NCBI RefSeq assembly: GCF_964204865.1
Contig: NC_135252.1
Coordinates: 15,934,001-15,998,000 of the forward strand
DNA from: Styela clava
Lineage: Eukaryota
Direction of reading: 5' to 3'
Length of the DNA: 64,000 bases
The notes beneath the pieces were generated by a model. That model did no database searches, was not told the origin of the DNA, and saw only the letters and a list, made by a program, of their open reading frames with translations. The translations under genes were made by a program, and so were the position numbers. Shown in pieces: positions 26,501-39,700 of this stretch; the first letter of the stretch is position 1; every line of letters begins with the position of its first letter.

Positions 26501-29500
26501 AATAGGTGGGAAGATTTTATGAAACTGCGACTCATCAAAATAAATTTTAAGAAAGTAATCGGATTTATAATTTTATACAAAAGTTAACATTTTTACTAAG
26601 TTTTATAAAATCTGGCTCAATTTGTTAAAAATAACGATTTTGGTTGTACTTTTATTTGGAATTCTGGGATTTTTATTTTTGGTCGATAAATTGAAATATT
26701 CAGCAAGTTTGGTATTTTTATGCTATCGATGTTCAAAACTAGTCTTTGATGATGTCACCCTCATTATCCTGATAATCATTTTCCTATTGCAATCACTGTT
26801 TAGCAATGAATTAATAATGTATTTAAAAGATCGATATAATAAGAGAGCTATGCTCAAACATATGGACACAAAGGTCAAATGACTACCGTGGGAACAGGTC
26901 AGAAAAATGTTAAAATATTTGCTCCGAATTTCATATGAAGGTGTGCCCTGAAAATTTAAAAAATACCAATTTTGGAGTGAAGGACTCAGAAAGCGTCTTT
27001 CTCTACCTTACAGTATTGAGAATTTTGAATTGATTGGCTATTAATTGGTTCAAGAAACCCAACAACGAACTGATAAACAGATTCATATGAGCACTTTGTG
27101 CTCAAAAAAATTTTCTTTTTCTTAGTACGGTTGCTTTGAATTCTTGAGTGAAACAAATTAATACTGTTCAAGCACAATCAGTGGTCTAGACTAGAGTCTA
27201 GACAAAATAAATTTGTATTCTGAGTATTGTTCCTTAGGTTTTCTGAGCATAATTATACCGCGCCGTCATCAGTTACCTTGCGTCATCTGTGTTCTGTCGC
27301 TTCAACGGTTAGGAATAGGGATAGAGTTATAGACCCTTTGGCCATTTAATGGCCTCTTAGAGAAGCTATTGAGCTGTCACCTGAACAGCAAGCGCCAGAT
27401 AAACCATATAGCAAAATTAACGAACAACATATTAAAACGAACGCTACTTTATTGAGTATCTTCAATTTCAGCTTTTGGCATCGAGCGCAGAATTTGAAAA
27501 ACGCAAGTGACGATCATTTATATTTTATACGGAAACCATAGATATTGCTCTTCGAATATAAAAACACAATTTCGTGTATTGATGACGAAATCTTTTTTTT
27601 TAATTTTTTGTCGTTAAAAATTCACTTTTCGAGCGAAAGCGGGAGTTCGGATAGCAGTAACTACACTTGGGTCTTATTTTGCCACGTCTATTGGAAACCC
27701 CATTGTATTGATTATTTCAGCAATTTTCTCTCTTTCCTTATGTTCATTTGCATATGAACGTTATTTAATACATTAAATCCTATTTCATAATATTGTATAG
27801 TTAATATTTCAGTCGGCCCTTTATTCTTTTTATATTTTTCAGTTTCAACAGCCGACTGGAAAGTCTTGTTCTTGAGAAATTGCCATTATCAGTTGGTGGA
27901 CTCTCAGTCGATGTTTTTTACGGCTTGGAAAGTTTGCGGCACATGACTATCGCGTCTTGCAACCTGACTTCGGTGCCATGTACGTCATTGTCAAATGTGA
28001 AACATAGTCTGGAAAGTTTGGACCTTTCGAGAAATTCAATTCAGGTGGGAATTGGTGCTAATTTTCATTTTGACTAAGCTAAATATATAATGGGATTTAA
28101 TGGGTCGCGAGACATTTAATTTTATTAGCATCAGAGCCAAACGCGCTGTTGTAAAATTTGTAAATTTTTCTTCTGTCTTATTGCTAACAATGTGTCAATG
28201 TAATAAGAGATACTTATTGGAATTTTACCAAATTTAAATTGAATTTTCTAGTATTAAAAGCGGCTAATACACTGGAACTACACAATTTGAGTATTAAGCT
28301 CTCATTTTCTTATGTCTCTTATTCTAAAACGTTATACCATGAGGGATTTAGTTGGCGACGATCGACAATAAACAAATCAATTTCAGTATTCTATTGACAT
28401 GGATAGGAACAAAAAAAAAGGCTTGTTTGAATGAATGTAATGAAACTGTTATACGTTTAAAGATGAGAACAATTTTAAAATAATTTTCAACGTTTTTTCC
28501 GTTGCATTTTACAATTGCCCTGATCCTGGTACTCAACGAACAGCGCACTCTATTTGTTGGTCATACCGGGAATGTGGAGTAGAGAATATAACATCTGACT
28601 TCAAAATCCGGACCATTTAAAAACGATTTCGACTGCGCATCCATTTCTGGCTGAAGAAAATTTTGACTCTGAGAAAACGAAACATTGATAACATATTGGT
28701 TTATGCGAGCGTTCCTGAATTATCCATTGGAAACGCTTAGTCAACTTTATCTTTTATGAGTTTCTGTCGAAAATTTTAGGCCCAGGTTATCACATTTAAA
28801 AATCTGAAATCCCGGCTCCGAATCCCAAAAAATCAGAATTTCGACTTCGCCCTTAACTCCAGGTGTTGGAAAATGCGGGTCTTGTGCCGACGTCAGTACC
28901 AAGAAAAACACGCGAACTTCAGAATTCGACTCGCCGCAGCCATGAATCACAGACATAGAAGAATAGCCACATACACGAAGATTTTCATTAAAGCAGTGTT
29001 TAGAAAAAAGTTCATAACAAAATCAATTTATGATCCTATATTGTGTCTATCATACGCGGATTTTCACAACGTTTTTCGGCACATTTAATGCGTATTTCGC
29101 ATTTTTGGGCACAGTTTTTTTGCTGTTATCTTTTTGACTTAAATGCTGACAAATTTAATACATATGGACACATGGAAATTACTCATATATATTTTAAATT
29201 TAAAATAAATTCAATGTGCATTCACATTAAGGTCACCATCGGATTAGAGTCCAATTTAATGCGTCAACGAAGCTGTCATTTCGTGGGAAGTTTAGCTTTT
29301 ATAAATTATTTATTTTGCTTGTTGTTTCAACTTATAGTACATATAACTAGAAACATCAATATTTATCATTTTAACTGATAAATCTCTTGATATACTGCGG
29401 TTGTGTGAAAATACGCGTATCGGATTTCGTATGTGATCACCCAACTTAAGTTAAAACAATTGACTGTATCTAACTCTTTCCAAACCGCAAATCATTTTAA

Positions 29501-32500
29501 AAGCTTGATTTTATCTGTTCAATTTTGTGAAGTAGACCTATCCAAAGCTGTTTTTTTTGTATATTCGTGTTTTTAATATGTATGTGATAACTTTAGATAA
29601 GATTCCGTTCGATTTTCTGCGTGAATTTTAAATTTTGTCACCTACTTACGAAACACAAGAGTCGTGATATCAAATGTAGAATTGGTGTCAAATTATCATC
29701 GGACATGTCAAAAATATTTATAGAATTGCATTGCAAACTAGAGTAGAGAGACGGATTCTAACTTAGCTTTGAGAAACCCGAAATTTGAATAAATAAATCA
29801 TACACTTCGTCTGATCATGTGAAATGGTTAATTTGCTGAATAGAATGGAAAAATATACATAACTTTCAACCCGACTCAGAGTTATGCCCCTATTATACTA
29901 AAAGCATATTTAGGCAAAAATTATTTCCATTTAATTTCAACACATTAGTCCACGTCACACCTACCCGATGTCATGTATGCCAATATCGTATACCCGCCAG
30001 CAAGCTACTTTATTCCGATATTAGAAAAATAGGAGCAATAAATTTCTTGATACACTCACGAAATAATTTTTAACTTCTTTTTCTAAATTACGTGTCGGCG
30101 TTTATGAAGTTTTATGCCGAGAAAACAAATTAAATTGGTTCAATTTTGTTTTCTAATGACCCACAGATGTAACGTAATGTACGAGTATGTCGGTACGAAC
30201 GTTTGTGATCATCGAATTTCCTCAAACATTAATTTTTAATCAACATTTGTTGAAAAACTAACTCAAAATTACACCTCTGAAAGAAGCATCGACTCTATGT
30301 TCCGATGATTACAGAAAATTGGAAAGCGCACTTGTATTATTCATGGATACGTGATATCTGAGTTTGATGAGCCTGTCTCACTATGACTTACACTTACAGT
30401 ATTATAATGTGGACATGACACAATAATTATATAATTATTCATCAGGATATTTTACGTTGTTTTTTCTTTTTTTTTTAAATTATTTTTCAACTCCCAGATT
30501 CAGCAGAGGGATGGCGAACTTTTTCATATGAATGGGCCAAATATTATATTTTTATTGTCGGAAAGAAAAATTTGGGTCACATATTTGATCAAAGTTTGCA
30601 CCAATGAAAAAGTGCTATTGCATTTTCCCGTTATCGTGTAGTCTCGACCTTTACATATGCAGCAGTGCGCTGATTTCTGGTATGGACTTTATTCAAGCGT
30701 AGAAACACGGATTCACGTACATACGATTTTCACTGTACAAAGTTTGTATTGCTACGGCGAAAAAGAAAAACACTCTCCGCGCCATTTGATTCATGGATTG
30801 CTGAAAAATGAACAGTTGTCACACGACCAGTTGCGAGAAATATACAAATCAATTGTATTGTTATAGCGTAAATTTTGTAGCAGCATTCTTGCCTGTAGCT
30901 GCATAACGGTATAGTATAATTTAGTAGTTCACAGTTCACACATTGTTAGATTAAAACCAGGCTTATCGTCAATTATTATCACTGGAATGTTAGTATGTTT
31001 TTGCATAATTCGTAACTTGGCGGGTCACTGATAAAAACATGGTAGGTCATGGTCATGATCATGAACTACCTTAATTTTGAAATTACTCGACTAGATAATA
31101 TGATACGTATAGATAAAACAATGACAGCAATATCTAAAATGGCCAAGAATAATAGAACATTAATCTGATTGTTAAATAATTGAACTTATGGTCCCTTCAA
31201 ACCCCCTATTCAAAAAAATATTCATGATTTGCTAGGGTCAAGTTGAGTAGTAAAATACATTTATTTGACCCTGATGTCGAAAACAGTACTTTTTTAAATG
31301 CCAATAACCTCTTTTCGCCCTGGCTGTGTCCTTTTTTTGCTTTTGGTAATTACCTTTACCGGTAACACAAAGTTCGAAGTTAACGCAGAAGGCAGAATAC
31401 ATAAAATATTTTAATTGTGTTACATGTGATACTAAAAAAGGTGAAAAATTTGCGTCATTTTCCCTTCATGACTGATTTCAATCGTTCCAGGCTTTAATTT
31501 TGGGTTTCTAAACTAACTATTAGGCGTACTTTCGTATACTTTTGCCCTGAACGTAAGTACAAATTTGGACGGTATTATAATTTGAAGTGGTTACTCTCTG
31601 CATTTTTTCCATTCATTTGAAAGCAATTCTACTGTTTGAAAAACTGATAATCTTCTGTGGTTGATCTATTTCATTTTGAGAATATCAGTTAGGCATCACA
31701 GAAGAAATGAATGTTAGTAGAAAGTTTTTTCTTTGTTAATTTTCTGATTGGCTAAATTGCCTATTAACCGTCCATCGATTCCAATCCAATTCACTCACTA
31801 TCCAACCATTTCAGTGAAGAAATGGTTTAATTTTTCTACTTTATAAATGCGTGAAAAACGTGCTTTTTTGAATTGCCAAAGTGCTGCGTATAGGGTCAGG
31901 TATAAATCAAAACGCTATATATATTGGTTATTTTGGAAATATTATTACGGCCGTAAATATGAATATAGAGGGTATGAGAAACAAAACTTAATATTTGGCC
32001 CGACTCCTGTATAAATAGACGTGTTAGTGAGTATATATTCAGTTCACGGACTTTGGGCTAAACTTTCTCTGATTTCTATGTTTTAAACAGCATATTTTTA
32101 TCTTAAATTACGACTTTTGTTTTCAGATCATATATCCGGATGATTTATCAGGTCTCTCGGATTTAAAAAACTTGACTCTGCACGACACGCATTTGCAAGA
32201 GATAAAACCGGGATCATTTATCAAATTAGAAAAACTTGAAGCTTTAGACTTATCCAACAACAGGTGGGATTTTGTATTGTTGTTTTGAATTGGCCGAAAT
32301 ATCTAATACAAAATGATATTCGTATCAATTGGGTATCGTAGTAACCCGACCAAACACCTATAACTATACGAACCATGTGACCTTGTTGGGTTACTAATTC
32401 AGTTTCAACATTATGTGTACATGATAATGTCGTGTAGAAACCGCCGCCGTGCCAGCCCAATACCATTTCGAAATATCGGTAATGCTTTCCCAACAACGTT

Positions 32501-35376
32501 TGTTCTTTTAAAACAAATCCATACGCACCATTCACGCGCCACAACATTGGTTTAAATAGGAAAACGCTACAAAAACGAGGTAGACTACTATTCCACCCCC
32601 GTAATCCCTATCGCGTTAGGGGTCGATATCTATCCCTTATATTGAAATTGTCTCGAAGAAGGGGGTGCTTATACTGTGCACTATCCAATCAATCACTCTA
32701 TGCTATATACACGTGCTTTCAAAGAACCGCTGGTACTTTTAGACGAAATTTTTCAGTTGTGGTTGGTGATTACAACACGGAACGTCAAAGTCTTTTTTTA
32801 GTCAATCGAGAAAATTTAAAATATATATATATATATACAAATAGATAATTCTACGCAATTCTGCTTTGATACGTAACTTACTTAGTGATTGAAATAAAAT
32901 AAAAGCATTCAAAATGTTATACAATGCATATTGTTCTGTGCTAAGAAATCCATTGAATTTCTCATACTGTTACGACTCTGTTTCTATTGTTTCTAGTGAC
33001 GGCATAAAAATACCATAACAGCTTTACTTACTGTAACAAAACACACGCGTTTGGGCAAATTTTGGCGACGTATTGTACTCCGAAATCATAGGAATATTTT
33101 ATAATAAATCATGTAAATATCATATATATATTCAGGTTGAGAACCTTGTACCAGGATTCATTTCCGGAGAATTTAACCAAACTGCAGGAGATACGTTTGA
33201 CTAATAATGTTTGGTCATGTGATTGTAGTCTGAAGTGGTTAACAGAGTCTCACATTAGTTTGGGACATGATCACGTGACCTGCACTGACCCCAGGAGCGA
33301 AAGGGTAAGTTATCAAGACCCATGTCAAAACCTAGCATTTCATATTCTTTTTTTCCGACAGTGGTTTGCGTATTGGAAAAGTTACCTGTACTTTTAGGAT
33401 CATATGTCAAAACGAGAGATCAATGCTCATATTATATATAGACACGAAAGTTAAATGACTGACCGCGGTAATCTATGTAAACTACATAGAAATATTTTAT
33501 CTGATCATTCAAATCGAACTTGCAAATTAAGTACCCCCTTAACCCACATCCCCCCTTCCCTCCCCAACGTGCAACTCACCTCAGCGCCGTTAGGGCCTAA
33601 GCTGAGCATCGGCTTGTCAAACAAATGACGTACTAGTCTGACGAAATACGTCATAATGGCGCAAAAATAGCAAAATTTCGAGGTAATCTTTGGCGATTTT
33701 TTCAGTATTCAATTATTGAAATCGACTCGTCTATAGTTGCGGAGGAAGAATATTGTTTCATAACAACATTAATTTTGGAAAACGATCCATGTATAAATAT
33801 TGGATCCAATAAACTACTTCTGGCTCATTGAACAATAATTGATTATGTACGCGTCATGTTATTAATCGCTTTGTAAAGTCTTTGCCATTTAATTATGATC
33901 CACACTTGCCCCATACCGTGTACGTCTTTCTGAGTTAGGTTAGATATATATTGTGGGGTGAATAGTTAAAGTAAGCATATGAAGTTGGGATTCGTGCTAT
34001 GCTCTGGGATAAGATATACCGGTATGTAAGACTTTGGCAGAAGATTGGAACATTCATATGAAGTGAGATTCATGCCGCATGTCGCATGTGGGACAAGGCA
34101 GTTTCTAGATTTAATTTTCACATTTTGATACCAAATCAAATGCATAAATATTATTATTTGAATCCCAGGGGAAGAGTCTTAAGGAAATGAGAAAGAAACT
34201 TCCTGATACCTTCTATAAATGTAAATCACCTATAATTACCACAAAAGAATACAGCGAAGAGAGATATGTCGAGGGCGATCAGGCACTGTTATATTGTGAT
34301 GGTAGTGGAGAACCTTTGTCATTTTCTTGGTACTTTGCAGGTTAGAGAAATGAATTTAAAAAATTAAATAAAGATATTTTACTGCATTGTGCTTCATATA
34401 TAATAGGGAGTCACGTGATACCGATGAGGGTTCGTATGTTTTAACATGTTCGGGATATCTCGGTAGAGACATTAAAGAATATTTGAAGCTCGTGGAATCG
34501 TAAAAACTTAGTTAGTTTGGGCTGTGCCTTATTTGTGATATACTCCACGAAAACAGTTTAAAACTATCTGCAATATTACCACGTTAAGATCATTTGTTTA
34601 GGAACGTAGAAAACATATAATATATATTTATTTATCACTACATTTCTTACCCGACTTTTTAACTTGGCAATGGGGTTCCGCTTAACCAAAAGGTTGAAAA
34701 CTAATGTAAACTTATCTAATTTTTAGGTACAGTCATACCAGTTCGTGGAAGTGATTTACGTAAAAATGGAAAAGAACTTACTATACGCAACGTTCAACTT
34801 AATGACGCGGGAGAATATACTTGCATTATACGAAATGCTGGAGGACAAAAGTCGATAACTGTACTCTTGCATGTAGATGCAGCCAAGCACGGAGACATGA
34901 GCAGCAATTTGCCTCCTGGTCGTGGTAATGACGGAAGCGTTAAAGATTCCGGTAAAGACTGTTCAACTGGCACGCAAAATATTCGACGTGAATTCAGCAG
35001 GAAACCTGGTTTTTCCTCTGAAAATTCTTTCGACAAAACGAATATCGCCACAACAGCGATACTGATCACAATTTTAGGCTGTGTCACAACACTAGGAGTC
35101 GCTGGTGTTTTTTTGTTTGTTGGATGCGTGTGGAGTAAAAGACGAGATGCTGCTGGTCAAAATTCACGAAACACGCAAAACTCTGCTCCGTCAGTAAACG
35201 TAAACGGTCATTGCAAACACGAACAATCAAAAAATGCAAGCAAAAAGACCATGAAATCAATTGAACTTACAGATGAGCGTGTAGTGTTTGGAGGTCATGG
35301 TATTTACTCCAAACCGATACAAGACTTGGACTGCCCGAAAATAGATAGGCAGTCAAATATCAACAGAAAAAAATAA
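20514..35376 (+). CDS. Leucine-rich repeat + Ig-like domain type I transmembrane protein (LINGO/LRRN/LRRC24-like architecture), 8 coding exons
   Basis: Exons 20514-20833, 22570-22779, 24180-24335, 27843-28044, 32127-32263, 33136-33304, 34169-34340, 34727-35376 join in frame. They encode a signal peptide, LRRNT (CTCDP..VSC), LxxLxLSxN repeats, LRRCT (NNVWSCDCSLKWL), Ig (LYCDGSGEP..W..DAGEYTC), a TM helix (ILITILGCVTTLGVAGVFLFVGCVW) and a short cytoplasmic tail. Confidence 0.88.
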
Positions 35377-36728
35377 CGAGCCGGGCAACATCCTGTAGTA
35401 TTTGCGAGCTCAGAGAAGAACGCAGTTTATAATTGCGTATACAATCATGGGTTCAAAAATGCCCGACGCTTCAACGTTCCGATTACGGCATCAAATAAGC
35501 GTGCCTTTGTTTGGAGGTATTAGATTGTAATTCATCTTTTTGTATTTCTCAAATTTTTCATTCAAATATCCCACAACGGAAAATATTTGTAAAGTTACAG
35601 AGAACTGATGTATGGTCGGTTGCCACATAAAGTAGAGTATTTACATGTATTTGCTTTGCATGCTTTGCACTTCTTTTGAAATGTCTTGAACTATTCCAAT
35701 TCGAAATACCCAATTTTCAACTTCGTTTTTTATATTTTGCGTAAAATGACTTTAAATTCAAATTCCACTTGCTTTTATTTGCGTTTTATGCAACACAGTT
35801 AAGAGAATTATTTTGAACTACACTGTGGTACAACAAAATTGAATACACTCAAGCCGGGAATTCGGGAAAATTAATTCCTAAACATGCGACATAAAAGTAC
35901 AACACGGGCCTTGCAAAGTTCGATTTGAAGCGTACAAAATATAGTAGTAATTCGCTCATGGCGACAGGAGAATTGAAATGCCTCTCAATGGACATTTCGT
36001 TCAATTGGCATTAAAAATGTATCACTACAAAACGATCCATTTGGTGAAATTCAAAGCCTAGCGCCTGATCCCACCGCAGACGTCTTCCCGCATCGCAGAC
36101 AGCCATTAAAAAAACCTTCACAAATGATAATCCTAAACAGTAACTCAGACAACCACTTAATTCATATATTTGCGAAGCTGTCACAACGTCTCATTGAACA
36201 ATTTCAAATACAAAAATGGTTTAATTTTACTAGCTGCAAAAAGCCAAGTTGAAGTCGTCATGTTTTACTGCCCATCCACTTGACGGACAAATTCAACCAC
36301 ACACTATCATTGACATTAATCCCATCCCTGATTGCCTTCACACTAACACCAAACAAAAACAATAGACCTGCTATACACCATATTGTTACTTTATTTTTTC
36401 AACAAGATAGAGAATGATTGCAAAAACAAATTGTAATAGTTGCTGCAAGGCCAAGCCAGCATTTTATTTTTTTTTTACCACAAAGACATATTCAACTATG
36501 AAATGAGCAGAAAACCCAAGGAATGGATTAAAGCTTCAATATTTGTGACACACGATAATACACAGCTCAATTACCGATTCCAAGAAAATAGCTTTATTGA
36601 TTTAAAATAGCAGACATTTTGCACCAAAGGGAAACTACTTGAATTTAATCCAGAAAAGCCATTTGTGGGTAATGAAGAAAAGAAATACCATGAGACCACA
36701 TGTATTCAATTAAGCAGGAATGACTTTG

Positions 36729-39700
36729 TTATGGCTGACATCTTTGAATGAATCTAGGGTAGAGGCAGACATCTCTTATATGGTATTGGTTGCAAAGCCA
36801 TGTTAAAATTCTTTCCAATCCCAAACCATATCCACCATGAGGACATGTTCCAAATTTTCGCTAAACATTAAAAGCATATATAATATTAATATTAACTAAG
36901 AAATGTTGGAAGTTATTATTCAATGACAAAATAATGGAAACATTACTAATTTGGTGATTCGACAAATAGGAGGACATTGTTGATGTTAAAGGTTACAAGA
37001 CAAGCACTTACACTACTGGTTCTCAATATTTTTTTCTCAAGTTGCACAAGAAATTTCTGTGGCCTACTAACTTTCATATGCAAGGGAAAAACTACAGGAA
37101 AAACAGAAAAGTCTTATCGCAAAGACAGGCACTTCCACTTCAATAATTAAAATGAAAATTACCATTTTGTACCAGAACATTCATTATCATTCATTTCTAA
37201 TACAATCAAATTTAACTAATTTATCAATCACGACCAAATAAAAACAAGAAAATCTGTTAACAAACCTGGTCTGTGTACCAATAATATGGCTTTGAAGAAA
37301 TTCCTTCAGTTTCATAAGCTTTCATTAATTCATCATGATCCCACATTCTCATTGATCCTCCAACTATTTCACCAACATTCGGCATGAGTACATCCACCTA
37401 TAATTAAATATAGGATAAAATTTTGTTATTCATACTGGGGGATAAGAGAGTGATTAGGCGAAGCAGTTTTCCAAAAAAATCATCAAATCACTGATTGAAA
37501 ACAGCAAAGTTACCTACTAACAATTGGTGCAAAATATCATAAATTAGACCTCAAAATATGATAACTCACTGATTCTGTCAGCGTGGCATCATCTGCGCAT
37601 TTCTGCATGTAAAATGACTTGATAGGAGCTGGAAATTTACATAACATGATGGGTTCATTAATTGCATCAGTCATCTTTCTCTCAGGCATTTCAGGAATAT
37701 CTTCACCATGTTCATAGTATGTTCCTGTCACAGAAAATATGAATAGGATTTGACCAATTTGACATTGAAATATAACTAAAAAACTATGATTCGACCGTGA
37801 CGATGCATAAAAGATGGTAAATTGAATGAGATAACAAAAATAAATAGTTTGAACAACATTTTTGGCTATATAAAAGCACCAAGTCATACAACAAAGTAAG
37901 AGTGTAGAGTAGGGTAAAATTTACAACAGGCACCAAAACTCCCGATCTTTTGACTTTGGCTACTGCTCATAATTTTGATCTATCTTCGTCTCCTGACTCC
38001 AGATTGAACATAATTTACACTCCAACTTGCAGAAAACCAAATTTCAATCAGAAATTTTTGGCACATGCAAGGCCATTTTCAGTTGGGAATGTTTAGTCAA
38101 CCCAATGTTTTTTTGATTTAGACTCAAATTTTGACATCAATTTTCACCATTAGAAATCTAAAATTCAGACAGTGAAACATCTACTTTGTCTCAGACTCTG
38201 GGATCTTTAACGACTTCAATATCAATAAAAACACAACAAACTCTAACTCCAGAACTAAAAAGAGTAAGGCAATATACACTGTCTGAATTACCATCATCCT
38301 TTTTGACATCATGCTCTTTCAACCATTTAATTGCTTCAGAATATTCCATCCTTTTGAATGGTCGTTTTGGAGGAACAAAGTCCTAAAACAAAAGAAATTA
38401 TGATCATATTTTGAGTTTGATAAATTCCAATCCAAATGATGAATGAATAGTACTCACAGGATTGAGGTCTTTTATTAATTGTCCAGCAGGAGTTTTCATA
38501 ACTCTTTCGATAACATCACAAATTAAATATTCTAATTTATCCAATAGGTCTTCAAAAGTAATGAAAGCACATTCAGCTTCAACATGAGTGTACCTAAAAA
38601 GTAAAAAGCACTGTTGATTGACTTCACATAAAAAGTTTTTGATCAGGTTCTCAGAGTCGCTTTCTCGAATTCCCTGCAGCCAGTTCAAAATGTAGCTTTA
38701 TTAATGACATAAGTTGGAATTCACAATTGAAACGATTCTTCCAGGTCAAATTCCGTTTTTCCCGGAGGAAAAGTATTTTTATCAGATTCCCAACTCTGAA
38801 AAGTTTGTGGGTGTTATTGAACACAAAAAAGCTTTTGATGACAGGACAAAGAATTGATTGTATGATTGTGGAGTTCTCTCATTATGTGATTGCCAGCAAA
38901 TCTCCCCAGAAGCAACTTTACATCATATATGTGTTGGTATATAAAACATCGCTTTAAAAAAATAATCATCATAAACGATTATATCAACAAAAAAAAATGT
39001 TGCATTCCAGATATTAGCACGTATTTATCGATATATTTTTTAGTGATTTTCATTCCAACTTCAGTAATGTCTTGAATAAGCTACCATTCAAGTAAATATT
39101 TTTAAATAAATCTATTCTTGCATGACAATGCCATAAATAAACAACAATCCTACTCTGCTAAATGTCGTCTTGTTCGACTTTGTTCAGCTCTGAATGATTC
39201 GGCAAGACAGAACACGTCACCAAGGGATGCAAGACATGTTTCAAGATAGAGTTGAGATGATTGAGTTAAATAAGCTTGTTCTCCAAAATAATCAAACTTA
39301 AACAACGTTGATCCGCCTTCACATTGTGTCATCACTAAAGATGGTGGTGTTACCTAGAATCAAGGAAAAACTTGTATAAATTTTACACTAGTTAATAAAT
39401 ATCGAGTGAGGCCCAAACAAGCAGAAAAAGGCCATTACCTCAGAATAGCCATTTGCAAAGTAGTGATCACGAAATGCTTGCATTAGATAAGACCGAACTC
39501 GCAATATTTTTGATGTTTGTTCTCCACGAATAACAAGATGGCGATTGTCGAGGCGAATATCAACATCAGCATCCTAAAAAATTTAAAGTATTAGAATAAT
39601 ATTTAATATACTCATTCTGAACAAAAATTCAATTTGAAAGTTTAAAGAGAATGAAATTAAAAATATGGATAACTGGTCTAATAACTGGTTGAATAATCCG

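Noticed and set aside
28530-29290. GC-richer blocks in LRR-gene introns (also about 27235-27360, 30500-31070, 32340-32640, 33530-33970) and MITE-like remnants at about 620-885, 18225-18550, 42127-42354
   Set aside because: Probably decayed repeats, but matching TIR pairs and TSDs could not be established by eye, so they are not called.
34794-35087. Antisense and overlapping ORFs over real exons (also 1621-1923, 44222-44549, 59382-59761, 61590-62030)
   Set aside because: Shadow ORFs of the true coding strand, with no motifs of their own.
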